Below, piece after piece: positions 23,760 to 34,640 of a DNA stretch of 64,000 bases (position 1 is the stretch's first letter; the number at the start of each line of letters is the position of its first letter). The DNA is from Vicugna vicugna (taxonomy: Eukaryota): contig MU060666.1 in the NCBI GenBank assembly GCA_013265495.1, positions 940,128 to 1,004,127 of the forward strand, in the 5' to 3' direction. The notes under the pieces were generated by a model that was given only the letters and a program-made list of their open reading frames with translations, searched no databases and was not told the DNA's origin. The position numbers and the translations under genes are program-made.

Positions 23760-24511
23760 TCCAATCTTGTCTTGTTAGTTACTGTATACATAATTGACTA
23801 GGGCAGACGTGTTCCCCACAGTGGGAAACATCTGTGTTGTGGAGCAATTTGCTTTTTCCGCTTGGAGATCTTTGTCCCTCCATCGAGATGCCCGTGCTCT
23901 CTGTCCTCTGACATATCAATATCTGCCCCTGCTCTTTGGAAGGCCAGGTCCTGCACTCAGATTCCAGACCCAGATCCCTCACCCCTGTGGACGAGTTTCC
24001 CAATTGTCCCGGGAGCGTCCGACACAGAGACGAAGAGAATGCTTGTGCTTTGCTTAACATTCCATTTAACTCATATCCAATAAGCCAAATTTTAGAAATC
24101 TTCCTCTTTTTTTTTTGGCACATCTGAACAACAACTACAAATACATTAAAGGGATCCTCTTAAACGATGTCACCTGCATGTATAAATACGGCACGGTTGA
24201 TTCTCTTAAATATTGCAAACACCTCAGGAAATACAGCATATATTGTTATAATGATGACACAACCAATTCCTTACTCCAAAGAGTAACATCCAAAGAGTTA
24301 GTTCCTTCACTTTTTTTTTTCAAATACTTTTTTCAGGTTACAACTATGCTTATTCTGATGTTTTTCCAGGATTGAAGGCCCCAGGGAAAAAGAAACACTA
24401 TCTCTAATCAGCCGAGTTAAGGCATTTCAGTTACAGGTGGACTGACTCCTGGCCGGGGCTGGGGCTACACTGCTCTTCCCAAGGCCATCAGATTAAAAGC
24501 TGCTGTTTACT

Positions 24512-24628
24512 GGGGGGAGGGTAGAGCATGTGCTTAGCATGCACAAGGTCCTGGGTTTGATCCCGAGTACCTCCTCCAGAGATAAATAAACCTAATTACC
24601 CCCCCCACAAAAAACTGGAAAAAAAAAA
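24512..24628 (+). mobile_element. Vic-1-type SINE with A-box deletion
   Basis: GGGGGGAGGGTAGAGCATGTGCTTAGCATGCACAAGGTCCTGGGTTTGATCCC...AATAAATAAACCTAATTACCCCCCCC-polyA; flanking repeat tgctgttta on both sides. Confidence 0.88.
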
Positions 24629-25198
24629 TGTTGCTGTTTATCAGTAAATGTCATTTGCAGCATGATCAGATGTGAAAGCTGAAACCGATCACATGGGTTT
24701 TTAGCTCTTTGCCACCTTGTGTCTCCCCTAAAATGATGCACTTGTAAAGTCTTGCTTGATCGTGTTGCATCATCTCTGGGTTTTCATGATTGACTAACCT
24801 GGTCCTGTCTTTATGAATTAGCGGCTTGACCTGTTAGCATTATTAAAAGTTTATGTTTGTCTTATTGGTATTGCATTAAAATTAGCCAGGCCGTCTCAAA
24901 GTTCCATCGCCAAGAAACAAAGGATTGAATCTCTATGGTTAAGTCTTCTCTTCAGGATGCTGGGGTTGGGGGCAGGGGTGCAGAGCCTGCTCTGTGTGTG
25001 TGAGCCCTGGGGCAGGCCCCCCCCCCGGTTCTCACGAGTGACTACCAGTGTGGACACTTCCTGCTTTTTCTGGGGCCACTGGCTTTGTCCCTGTGGCCCA
25101 TGCACTTACCAGCTTCTACTTACGCAGACAGAAGAAAGTACACTGAATCACCTTGTAATCGGGAAAAACAACAGACCTACACGTTAGCAGTCTCCCAC

Positions 25199-25814
25199 TG
25201 TGTTAGCTTTCTGTGCTACACATCAGACGACCACAGGTTTAGCAGCTGAAAATAGTGCCCATTAATTATCTCACGGTTTCTGGGGCTTCCATGGGTCAGG
25301 AGTCGGTGCTCAGCTTAGCTGGCCTTCTGCTCAGGGTCTCACAGGGCTGTGATGGGGAAGGGTAGGCAGGGCCACATGCTCACCTGGAGGTGTGAGGGAG
25401 GCGAATCCACTGGCTGACAGGCCCGGGCGAGTTGTTGGCAGGATTCATTTCCTTGCAGGCGATGACTGAGGGCTTCTTGCCGGCTGTTGGCTGCCCTTGG
25501 ATCCTAGCGGCTGCCCATGGTCCCCAGAGGCTGTTCACAGCCTGGCTGTTTGCTTCTGCAGGGCCAGCTGGAGAGAGAGAGTTTCTAGCCTCAGAAAGAG
25601 CCAGGTCCCTCTCAAAAAGGCTTTTACCTAATTAAACCAAGTTCATCCACAATAATCTTCATGTCAACTCCCTCAGAATCAATTACATCTGCAAAATCCC
25701 TTCATCTTTGCAGTGTTCTGCTAGCTAGAAGGATGTCACGGGTCAGTCCACATTCAAGGAGAGGGTTATACAGGGCACAGAGATCACGGGGGCCACCTAG
25801 GGTCTGGCTGTCAC
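25199..25814 (-). mobile_element. MLT1 (ERVL-MaLR) solo LTR, MLT1D/E-like
   Basis: TG...CA ends, ctcagcttagctgg, gttgttggcaggattcatttccttgcag and aattacatctgcaaaatccc motifs typical of antisense MLT1. Confidence 0.78.
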
Positions 25815-25875
25815 ATCTACTTAATGCCATTGGTGAAACTTACACTGGCCTATTACTCATCCTTCTGCATTTACA

Positions 25876-25966
25876 ACTACCCTCGTGTACACTGCATAGC
25901 AACATGCCCCTCGTGTACACTGCATAGTAATACTACCCTCGTGTACACTGCATAGCAACACGTCCC
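25876..25966. repeat. 28-bp-period minisatellite, about 3.2 copies
   Basis: Identical 20-mer ccctcgtgtacactgcatag at 25880, 25908 and 25936. Confidence 0.95.
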
Positions 25967-27749
25967 TTCAGAGTTTCCTCACGATCTCGTGGCTGTGCCA
26001 CGGCCCCGGAGGCCCTCTCCCTCAAGGCTCTCTGAACCCATGTGTGACTCAGCCCCCTGGGCCTGGGCTCCAGCCACCTGGCCTCCTTGCTGGTCCTGGG
26101 CCTTTGCGCTTGATGTTCCCTCTGTCCATGTCCCTCTTGCCCCAGAGGGCCACGTTCTCACTCCTTCACTTTACCCAGGTCTCTGCTAACCTGTCGCCTC
26201 ATCAGAGACACTCGAGAGCTGCTCAGAGAGGCAGCAGAGTAAGAACTGAGAGCCAGGCTCTGAAGGTTGAATCCCAGCTGCCTCTGGATCGGTCTGTGAC
26301 CTCCCCAAGCCCCAGGGTCGTCCTCAGTCAAGTGAGGATGGCGGTCTGGGGTCTCACGGCCCACTGGCCCACATCCACGGTTGTCCAAGTCACTCCTTTA
26401 CGACCTGGAATGCAAGTGGCCCCCTGGTGTGGTTTCAGGGCGAGCTGGCCGGCCTTCTTGGCGGTCCAGAGGCCCTGCTCAGGGATCCCACACTGCTCCT
26501 ATCCATTTCCTGGTCCTTCTTGTGTCCTGGAGAAACTTCCTTTCTGAAGTTTTCCTGAAGTTGACTTCCTTTGGATCAGGCTTATCTCAGGCTGCCGATG
26601 GAGGCTTCTTGACACCTAAATCGAACTCATTCTCTCTGACCACCAGCTGCACCCTCCTTGGCATTTGCCGAGTACTTACAACGCCCCAAGCGCCACAGCA
26701 GGCGGCGAAGCAGCTCGTCCAACAATCCCGAAATTCACATGCCTAAAGCCTCCTTTAACAAATCTCTGACACTGGAGGAGAAAGTGGAGTGTCAATAACT
26801 GTAAAACTTAAATTGGAAGAGAGTTCACGCATGGAGCACTTCACCCCGGAAACACAGACTTGGAGATACAACGGGGGGCCGGAAAGAGGACTTCGGGAAT
26901 TCTGTAGGGAAGACATGAAAGGGAGCAGGAAGATACAGCTGGCATTTTAGGAGAGTAGTTTTAGGGGAGGGGGCAGGCTCTCGGGCGCAGGAGCCTGGAG
27001 TCCTTCTTTCTGTACTTGCACCAGCACAGTCCTTGGCCTGCTGTTTATTGGCTTCAAAGAAACTGAAGAGCTGCCATTAGGAATTACACTCAGGTGACCT
27101 CAGAAGGTTCCTGTCAGGGGCCTCCTGGTCCAGGCAGGGCGAGCTTTCTGCTCCTGGGGAACCCGAGGCCAGCACTATGCAGGGGGGTGAGGATTTTGCT
27201 ACTGATGACTGGAGTTTGCCATCCGTCTCAGCCCCCAGGTCCAAAGCAAGACGGAAGGGACAGTGGAAATTCACGTATGTATTCATTGGTCCCAGCCCTG
27301 CCACTGACTGGCTCTAGGGACGACGGCTAGATTTTTGACCTTTGAGTGTGTGAACTCCCTTCTGCTGCCAAGGAAATCTGGGGGTCTTGGTAGGGACCCT
27401 AAGAGGTGAGATCCTTGCTCTCTCATACACTTAGTCCCTAAGACATGGGCAGAGAGCTCCAGCTTGGCCAATACTCGAGCTTAGGGCTTCGGGTCTGCAG
27501 TGAGTAGACTGCAGACAAGAAGGACTGACAGATTGGAACTCATCCCATCTATGGCTGCAGCTCCAGCATCCAGGGTCAGGGCTGAGCAGAGGGAGCAGCA
27601 ACGGGGTGATGCCCCAAAGCATCCTTGTCCACATCCTGATCAGGCTGCTGCTATGGCTCTCAGTGCCCACAGTTCCTGCCTATTTCCTGAACCTGGCTTT
27701 GCAGGCTTCTGTGGATTCTGTGAGCTACACAAAACCCATCGCCGGGGAT

Positions 27750-27990
27750 TCCCTTTCACAGTTTGGTTTGAAACCCAAGAATTCTGACTAGCTGTGTGAA
27801 CTTTGGCAAATTACTTTACCTCCCTGAACCTTAGCACGCCGTCAGATGTGGCTGGTAAGTGCTTCTGGGGCTGCCTTAAACCCAGGAGACGCACCCGTAA
27901 AAGGCCGGGTCTACTTGGGCTCAGCTTTTTGAGGATGCAAATGAAATGGATGTCTGTTTACACTATTAGCTTGGTTTCATGTACATATTT
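27750..27990 (+). mobile_element. MIR fragment
   Basis: tttgaaacccaagaattctgactagctgtgtgaactttggcaaattactttacctccctgaacctt. Confidence 0.65.
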
Positions 27991-29087
27991 CCAGTCACAT
28001 TTGCTATGAAATATTGTCTGTAGAAAAAGTTTTTCACTCTTACTTTTCTGGAAATGACTTTACTCAAGCTTCCCTTCATCTTTGACGCTGCTGTCACCAT
28101 CATCCCAGAGCCCCGATTTCCAGGGCACATCATCTCGTCTTTCTTCTGGACGGTTTCAGCTACGGCGTTTTGACAAATCACGTGTGATATTGTCATTGAT
28201 AAGTTATCTCATTCACGTAAAACTAGGACAGTTGCTTTTGCCATATGTCCTTTTTAAAAACCTTTTAAATTATAAAAAAATTATACACAGAAGAAACGTA
28301 TAAGACATAAATATCATCAATTATTATAAAGCAAAACTTACATAACCACCACCCAGGTCAAGAACTGGAACACTGGCAGAAATTCCAAAGCTTCAGGATG
28401 TCCCTTTGGTGCCTCCAAAGGCATCTACATCCTGGTTGTCATGGTAACATTATAGTAATCACTCACTTGTCTTTATACTTTTACCATTAAACATACATCC
28501 TCCAACATTTTAATAAAGCTCCTGCCTATTTTTGAACTTCACCTCTGAAAGGGATCATATAGGCTGTCTCGGGTCTGGCTTTTTTATTCGGCATGGTTCA
28601 AGATTCAACTATGTTGTATTTCATTCATGCTTTAGTTACTGATAACATTCCCTTGTAGGCTGATATCCCATTTATTTATCCATCCCACAGTTGATGGACA
28701 CTCCGGCAGTTACAAGCAATGCTGCTGAGCACATTCTCGCACGTGTTCCTGGTGTGAACATGATCTAAGGCAATGTTGATCACAGGCCAGGCCAATCTTC
28801 AGCATCACTAGATTCCCCAGGGATACCACCAATTTACAATTCCACTTAACTTACCTGGTGGGCATCCCCCTGGGGGCTGAATCTGCATTTCTCTGCTTCC
28901 TGAGCTTGAGCACTTTTTCGTAAGTCTATTGTGCATTTGTATTTCCTCTTTTTTCCTTAAGAAAAAAAGGTAATTGCACACGGTAATTCTTTCTGTTGTC
29001 CGGACCCTGGCTCTTTGTTGGTCGTGCGTGTTGCAAATATCTTCTCCTGCTTGGTGGCTTACCTTTCTACCCGCTTAGTGGGGTCTT

Positions 29088-29198
29088 TTGTTTGTTTGTT
29101 TGAAGGGAGAGGTAATTATATTTATTTATTTATTTTAATTGAACCCACGACCTTGTGCATGCTAAGCATCCACTCTGCCATTGATCTATACCCTCCCC
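29088..29198 (-). mobile_element. Vic-1-type SINE nested in L1
   Basis: ...ttgaacccacgaccttgtgcatgctaagcatccactctgccattgatctataccctcccc; TSD ttagtggggtctt (29075-29087) / ttaatggtgtctt (29203-29215). Confidence 0.87.
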
Positions 29199-29243
29199 GC
29201 CTTTAATGGTGTCTTGATCAAGAGAAATTCTCAATTTTAGGGA

Positions 29244-29373
29244 TTTTTTTTTTGGCAGGGGGGGGTAATTAGATTTATTTATTTAAAAATTTTTAATGGA
29301 GGGACTGGGAATTGAACCCAGGACCTCATGCATGCTAAGCACATGCTCTACCACTGAGCTATACACTCCCCCC
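29244..29373 (-). mobile_element. Vic-1-type SINE nested in L1
   Basis: Near-complete copy; 17-bp TSD agaaattctcaatttta (29223-29239) / agaagttctcagtttta (29374-29390). Confidence 0.9.
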
Positions 29374-30919
29374 AGAAGTTCTCAGTTTTAAAGTAGCTGA
29401 AAGTATCCATCTTTTCCTTTAAGATTGGCACTAAAAAGCAACAAGTCTTTTTTGTAGAAATCCTCCCTTACTTCAAGATCATTAGGATATCTTTTCATAT
29501 GATCTTCAAGAAGGTTTGTTTCGTCTGTCACATTTAGGTCTGTGATTAGAGTGGCCACGTGTCTCGGTCTGTGCCTCCTGGGTGGGCCTCTCTTCCAGCG
29601 AGCATCCCTTTTACTTTCGACAGTGTCTGCGAAATTTCCTGAAACTTTTCTTCCTGGAAACAATTAGCAGCACTTCTTTGCTAGCTCTAATCCTGGCCAT
29701 TGCAGATTCCTGGCTCTGGGGGAGGTGCAGAGAAGCATAACAGGGCGGAGTGGAGGAGCCAGGTCTGGTCTGGGCTCTCACACCGGCTGGGCAGGTGGCA
29801 TCCGTAAAGCCGCAAAGCCGTGGTGAGCTCAGAGGGACTGAGGCCAGGACGTGTCACTGCACTCCCTCCCCGGGGCACCTCCTGCCCCTGGCCGCTGTCA
29901 GTCAGCGGGGCTCCCTTCCTGAGCTGGAAAGAGAGCTGAGGCAGTTTGGGATGGGAAACGCCACTCTGGAGTAGGTTAATAAGAAACCCCATCTGTGTAA
30001 ACGATTATAAATGTCTTGACAATGAAAGACATTTTAGGTACAAATGGTCTGCTTGAGAAATTATATTTCTGGAGTTAAACACAGTAGAGCCCTTTTACAT
30101 ACAGGTATAACACAGATTATGGTCTGGTTTTGCAGAGTCTGTGTGAGTTTAGTGCCTTTAGAAACTCCTCCAGCTGCTGTGGCCCAGTCACGTGGTGGAG
30201 CTCTGGAAAATGCATTAAGCAAGTGGAAGGTGGGTCCTGCCCGAGAAGCTTCCGGCAGATAATACATAAACACAGAGACCCACATGCCTACTGGTATATA
30301 AATATTAGGGACTTGAAGTTACAGGTGCAAGTTTTATCTTGCTTCCTGGAGCGCAGCTGATGTTCAGCAAGTTAACCTGGGCTTTTATGTATTTATTTAT
30401 TTTGTCTACTCCTGACCCTTGTACTTTATCATTGACCTTATCAGTTTATACTCCTTAACCCCTAATTAACAGCCTTTATATGCACAACTCAAATACACCC
30501 TTACGGGTCATAGTCTTTCCTGCCTTCTAACATCTCTCTCTCTCTTCCCCATTTGCCCTTTTCAGCTCCAGGTGAAAAGTTCTCTTGGCCAACTTGAACC
30601 CCCAAGAGAGTTAGCACAGAGCCTAACACACAGTTAGCACCCCTAAATGTCTGGCAAATGGACGCTGGACTTGGCCGCATTCACGTGACTTTGCAGAACC
30701 GGGTGGAGGTCAGACAGCCAAGGGTGACTCTCATTGGCTTCCAGATTTAGTGTTTGTGTTTGTGTTTTAGGTTTTGGAGGGTTTGAAGGTCTTTTCTTAG
30801 ACAAAAAACATTGCTTCTTCACTTCAAAGGCATTGCTGCCTGTCCTTCAATACACGAATCTGGACGTGGACATGAACTTCGAGTAGCACATTTTTTTTTA
30901 AAGCATACAACTGTATTAA

Positions 30920-31101
30920 CTTTTTATTTTCTTAGTTTATTATTATTTTTTAAAATTTATTTTTATTTTATTTTTTGGGTTTTTCTGTGGGGGGAAGGTA
31001 ATTAGGTTTGCTTATTATTATTTTTTTTAGAGGAGGGGATTGAACACAGGCCCTCCTGCATCCTAGGCAGGCACTCTTACCACTGAGCTGTACCCTCCCC
31101 C
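30920..31101 (-). mobile_element. Vic-1-type SINE with expanded (TTTTA)n tail
   Basis: ggtaattaggtttgcttattatt...gaggaggggattgaacacagg...cactgagctgtaccctcccc. Confidence 0.86.
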
Positions 31102-31764
31102 TTGAGTTGTACTTTTCTAACAGATCATTTCTGCAAGTTTTCCTCTGCCAGACATAGGGAGAATCACATTTTTAGCTGCTGCATGTAGTACCTTAAATAC
31201 CAAAGGAAAACTGCAGGCACTGAAATTAATTGAATCAGCAGAGTGTACAGGAAGGAACTCTACAGTGTGGGCCACCCCAGAAGAAGGGTACCACTGGCTG
31301 AGTGGTGACAAAGGGCCACCAAGCCAAGAAGCGGCTACCCAGGGTCCCACCCTAGGGGTGCCAGGCTCACGGCAAGATATCTGGCTTCACAAACAGAGGA
31401 GTGACTGTAAGCAGAATTAAAGTAAAAACACTGTGAACCACTTGCAACTCCAAGTTGACTCCCAGTGAATAAGTTTCCAAGGAGAGAGCAAAAACCAAAT
31501 AGTGTAAACAAAGAGATATGCCATCGATAAGAGTTTAGGAATCACTTCACCACCTCCTTTTAGCACACGGGGGAGAGCCTGCTGGAGCTGAGTTATGAGA
31601 GGGTGAGGGCAGCCACACACATGGCTGGTGGGCATGAGGGGTGGGATGGAGAGAGGGAGTGAGATGGGGGGTTGTCAGTGCTGCTCATCTCTGCCCCTGT
31701 TCGCTCAGGTTCTTTCAACACTTTTCAATGCATGACTTAACCATTATCTGGGGGATCAAGGAAG

Positions 31765-32270
31765 GGATAGTCATTCCTTTAATAAAAATTGAGTACCTAT
31801 TGTGTGTGAGGTGATGATTAAGCCCTGGAAATTCTAGTATGAGTAAGAAAGTCACTCCCTCGGGGATCTCATGGTGTGGTCAGGGAGACAGATGGGAAAA
31901 CAAACAATCATAACACACAGGTGAAGGGTGAGGATGGAGGATGTACAAAGCCTGAGGGCATCATAACCCAGATCTGCTTTCCCTTGGGTTCAGCAAGAGC
32001 TGACCTTTGATCTGAGACTTCAAGCTGAATGAGAATGACCAGTGGAACAAGGAAGGTGAATAGGACATGAGGGACATTGGGGGATGTGTTGGGGAAGCCT
32101 GGAGGTCTGATGGAGTGGGCAAGGGCCCACATAGTAAGTTCTGCCTAGGCTCGAGCTTAAAGGTTCACAGAGATGGGGCTACCACAGAAAGTGGAGCCAG
32201 CTGGGGAAAAGCTATTGGGAAGAGCCTGAACTCTGCCCTGTAGTTGATGGGCAACCATTGGGGAAGTCTA
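31765..32270 (-). mobile_element. L2 3' end fragment
   Basis: tcattcctttaataaaaattgagtacctattgtgtg...ccctcggggatctcatggtgtggtcagggagacaga. Confidence 0.7.
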
Positions 32271-32529
32271 GCCAGTCCATGCAGGCATCAGCCCAACCAT
32301 GCTTCCCTGTCCCAAATACCCAAATTTGCACAGTAATGTCCATCACCCTGAAAGCTGCTCTCCATCAATCATTTGGAATGGTACTAAATCCAGTGTTGTT
32401 TCTAAAGTATTTCTCGAACTCTTGCTAAGCAGTGATGCAAAAGGCCAAGTGCACCAACCCAAGTACCCAGAGATTATAATACTACTACTAGGAATACGTG
32501 GGTGCCACATGGATGTCAGGCTTTGTTGT

Positions 32530-32690
32530 AAGATCTCTACACGGACTTTCTCACTTCATCTGCCCTCCCCCCTGAAGAGGCAGGTGGGCATTATTCTCAT
32601 TTTGCAGACGAAGACATAGGCTCAGAGGTTGTGTGACTCACAGAGTAAGTGATGGACCTGGAATTTGAACCCACTGTGTCTAGCCCAGGA
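32530..32690 (-). mobile_element. MIR fragment
   Basis: gaggcaggtgggcattattctcattttgcagacgaagacataggctcagagg...ggaatttgaaccca. Confidence 0.7.
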
Positions 32691-33171
32691 GAGAAGTGGC
32701 AAGGTTTGGTAAGAGAAGAAATCAGAACTGAAAGTTAAAATAAAAAAGCAGAAGCAGGAATGAGGATGATCAGTTGCAGTGTGGGCCGAGAAGTGCAGAC
32801 CTCCTGTCCAAACTTGAAGAGTCAGCTCTGCAAAGACTGGGAGGACTGGATGGTGGGGGTGGGGATAGGGGAGGAACTCGGGTCCCCAGAAGGTCCAGTG
32901 TCAGATCCTGAATCCTGGAAAGCTGGTATTGAACTCTGTCACAGCACATGCGCAGCGCAAGGACCTTGGAGAGCTCCTAATTCAATGCCTCTTTTAAAAT
33001 AGAAACCAAGGCCAGAGAGAAATGGCTGCAAAGTGTCACAGAACAGAATCCAGCTGTCTCCCTGCTTCAAGACTAACGTTTCTGCAGATTAGCGGCCACT
33101 CATGCTCCTGCTAATAGGACCCTAATTTTCCTCTGAGGAACCACCCTCTTCATCTGGCTGAGCCCTTGTGC

Positions 33172-33532
33172 AGTGGATTTTAGCTCAGGCTGCTATAACA
33201 AAATACCACAGACTGGCTGGTTAAACAACAAATATTTACTTCTCACAGTTCTGGAAGCTGAAAGTCCATGGTCAAAGTCCCAGGAGATCTAGTGTCTGGT
33301 GACAGCCTGCTTCCTGGCTTGAAGACAGCCATTCTCGTGCTGTATCCTCACAAGGGGAAGGGGCATGAGGTTTGTTGTGATTTTTCTTATGAAGGTGCTA
33401 CTCTCTTGAGGAGGGCTCCACCCTCATGACCGAATTACCTTCCAAAGGCCCCATCTCCAAATACCAATCCCACTAGGGATTAGAGATTCAATGTATGGAT
33501 TCTGGAGGTACATAAACATATAGCCCCTAACA
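33172..33532 (-). mobile_element. MLT1A/B-like solo LTR
   Basis: gctgctataacaaaataccacagactgg...tttacttctcacagttctggaagctgaaagtcc...ctccaccctcatgacc.aattaccttccaaaggccccatctccaaatacca. Confidence 0.85.
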
Positions 33533-34344
33533 ATCCACATCCCAAGGCTAAGCCAGTCCACAAATGGCATTCCCTCATCACACACAAGACTCCACAAATC
33601 TGTCCAGGGTGAATCAGAGGCTTCTGTCTTTTCTCCCACTGGAGTCCACCCATGTGGGGCTTCCCCACTCATCGTGATCAGGGAAATACAGACTTTGTCC
33701 TCAGAAAGGAGCCAGAACCAGAGTGAAAGGGAGGGAAACCAGGTCTAGGTGACACGACTTCGGCCTCTATGTCTGGCTGTACCTCATCTTTCATCAATCA
33801 CATCTCTTTTTTGGGGTCTTGTTTTGTTTTTCTTTCTCTGTCCCACCTTTGGGAATACCACCACCACCTACCTCTTGGGTTGTTGGGGAGATGAAGGGAG
33901 AAGTTGCATACACAGCACTTACCTCAGAGCCTGGCGCCCAGAGAGCACTCACATATTCTCCAGTATTATTATATTAGCCACCTCGAATTAGGTTTTCTGT
34001 CACTGGCAACACTGAACAAAGCAGTGACCTGTTATTGCTGCCACACCACGCTGTGGTCACAAAATTATTATCCATGCTTTACTTGCCCTCAAGGGCCACA
34101 CTTCAGTGAGAAGGAAATCTCCTAGACTTGTGTTTCGGCTCCGCCCCCTCCTCCCGTCAGTGCAGTGCGGCCCACCCAGGCACCCTCCCGGCCCGCCCCC
34201 CTCTCCTCGCCTGCGGCCCGAGAGCACACCGCCTGCGCCGGCAGGTGGTCCTGGGGGGCAGCGGCCGGGTCCTGGGGGTGGCAGGCGGCCTTAGGGGGCG
34301 GCGGGAGGTCTGCGGGCCCCCTCGCTCCCGCGAGCGGGGAACCT

Positions 34345-34377
34345 CGCCCCACCGCCCCACCGCCCCACCGCCCCACC
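34345..34377. repeat. (CGCCCCAC)4 tandem repeat in TECPR1 promoter
   Basis: cgccccac cgccccac cgccccac cgccccac c read directly. Confidence 0.93.
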
Positions 34378-34550
34378 TCTGCACCACCGCAGCCCAACTT
34401 CGCACGACGCCGGAAGTGGGCGGGCGCGCGACCCCACGGAGACTCCGAGGGCGGCAGGTGACGTGTGGCGCTGCAGCCAATCGCGCGTCTCTGGCCTTTG
34501 CGTCACGGCGAGGCCGACCAATGGGCACAGACCTGGCTGCCGCTTCCTGC

Positions 34551-34640
34551 CCGCCAGCTCTCCCTGGGAGGGGAGGGCGGGCCGGTTTCCCGGACGCCGA
34601 GGAGCAATCGCCGCAAACCCGCCCGCCGGCGCCCGCTCAG
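34551..34640 (+). other. TECPR1: TECPR1 non-coding first exon (5' end approximate)
   Basis: Strong donor CAG/GTGAGT at 34641 downstream of the CCAAT/ETS promoter elements. TSS not determinable. Confidence 0.6.

Larger units (their letters stand above)
28240..29550 (-). mobile_element. Degenerate L1M fragment carrying two nested SINEs
   Basis: accaccacccaggtcaagaa.tggaacact, catcccacagttgatggacac, atctgcatttctctg, gttgcaaatatcttctcc, cacatttaggtctgtgat: antisense L1 3'UTR/ORF2 hallmarks. Confidence 0.75.

Noticed and set aside
25876-25966. CRISPR-like repeat with palindromic core
   Set aside because: Mammalian context, 8-nt non-unique linkers, three units and no cas genes; it is a minisatellite.
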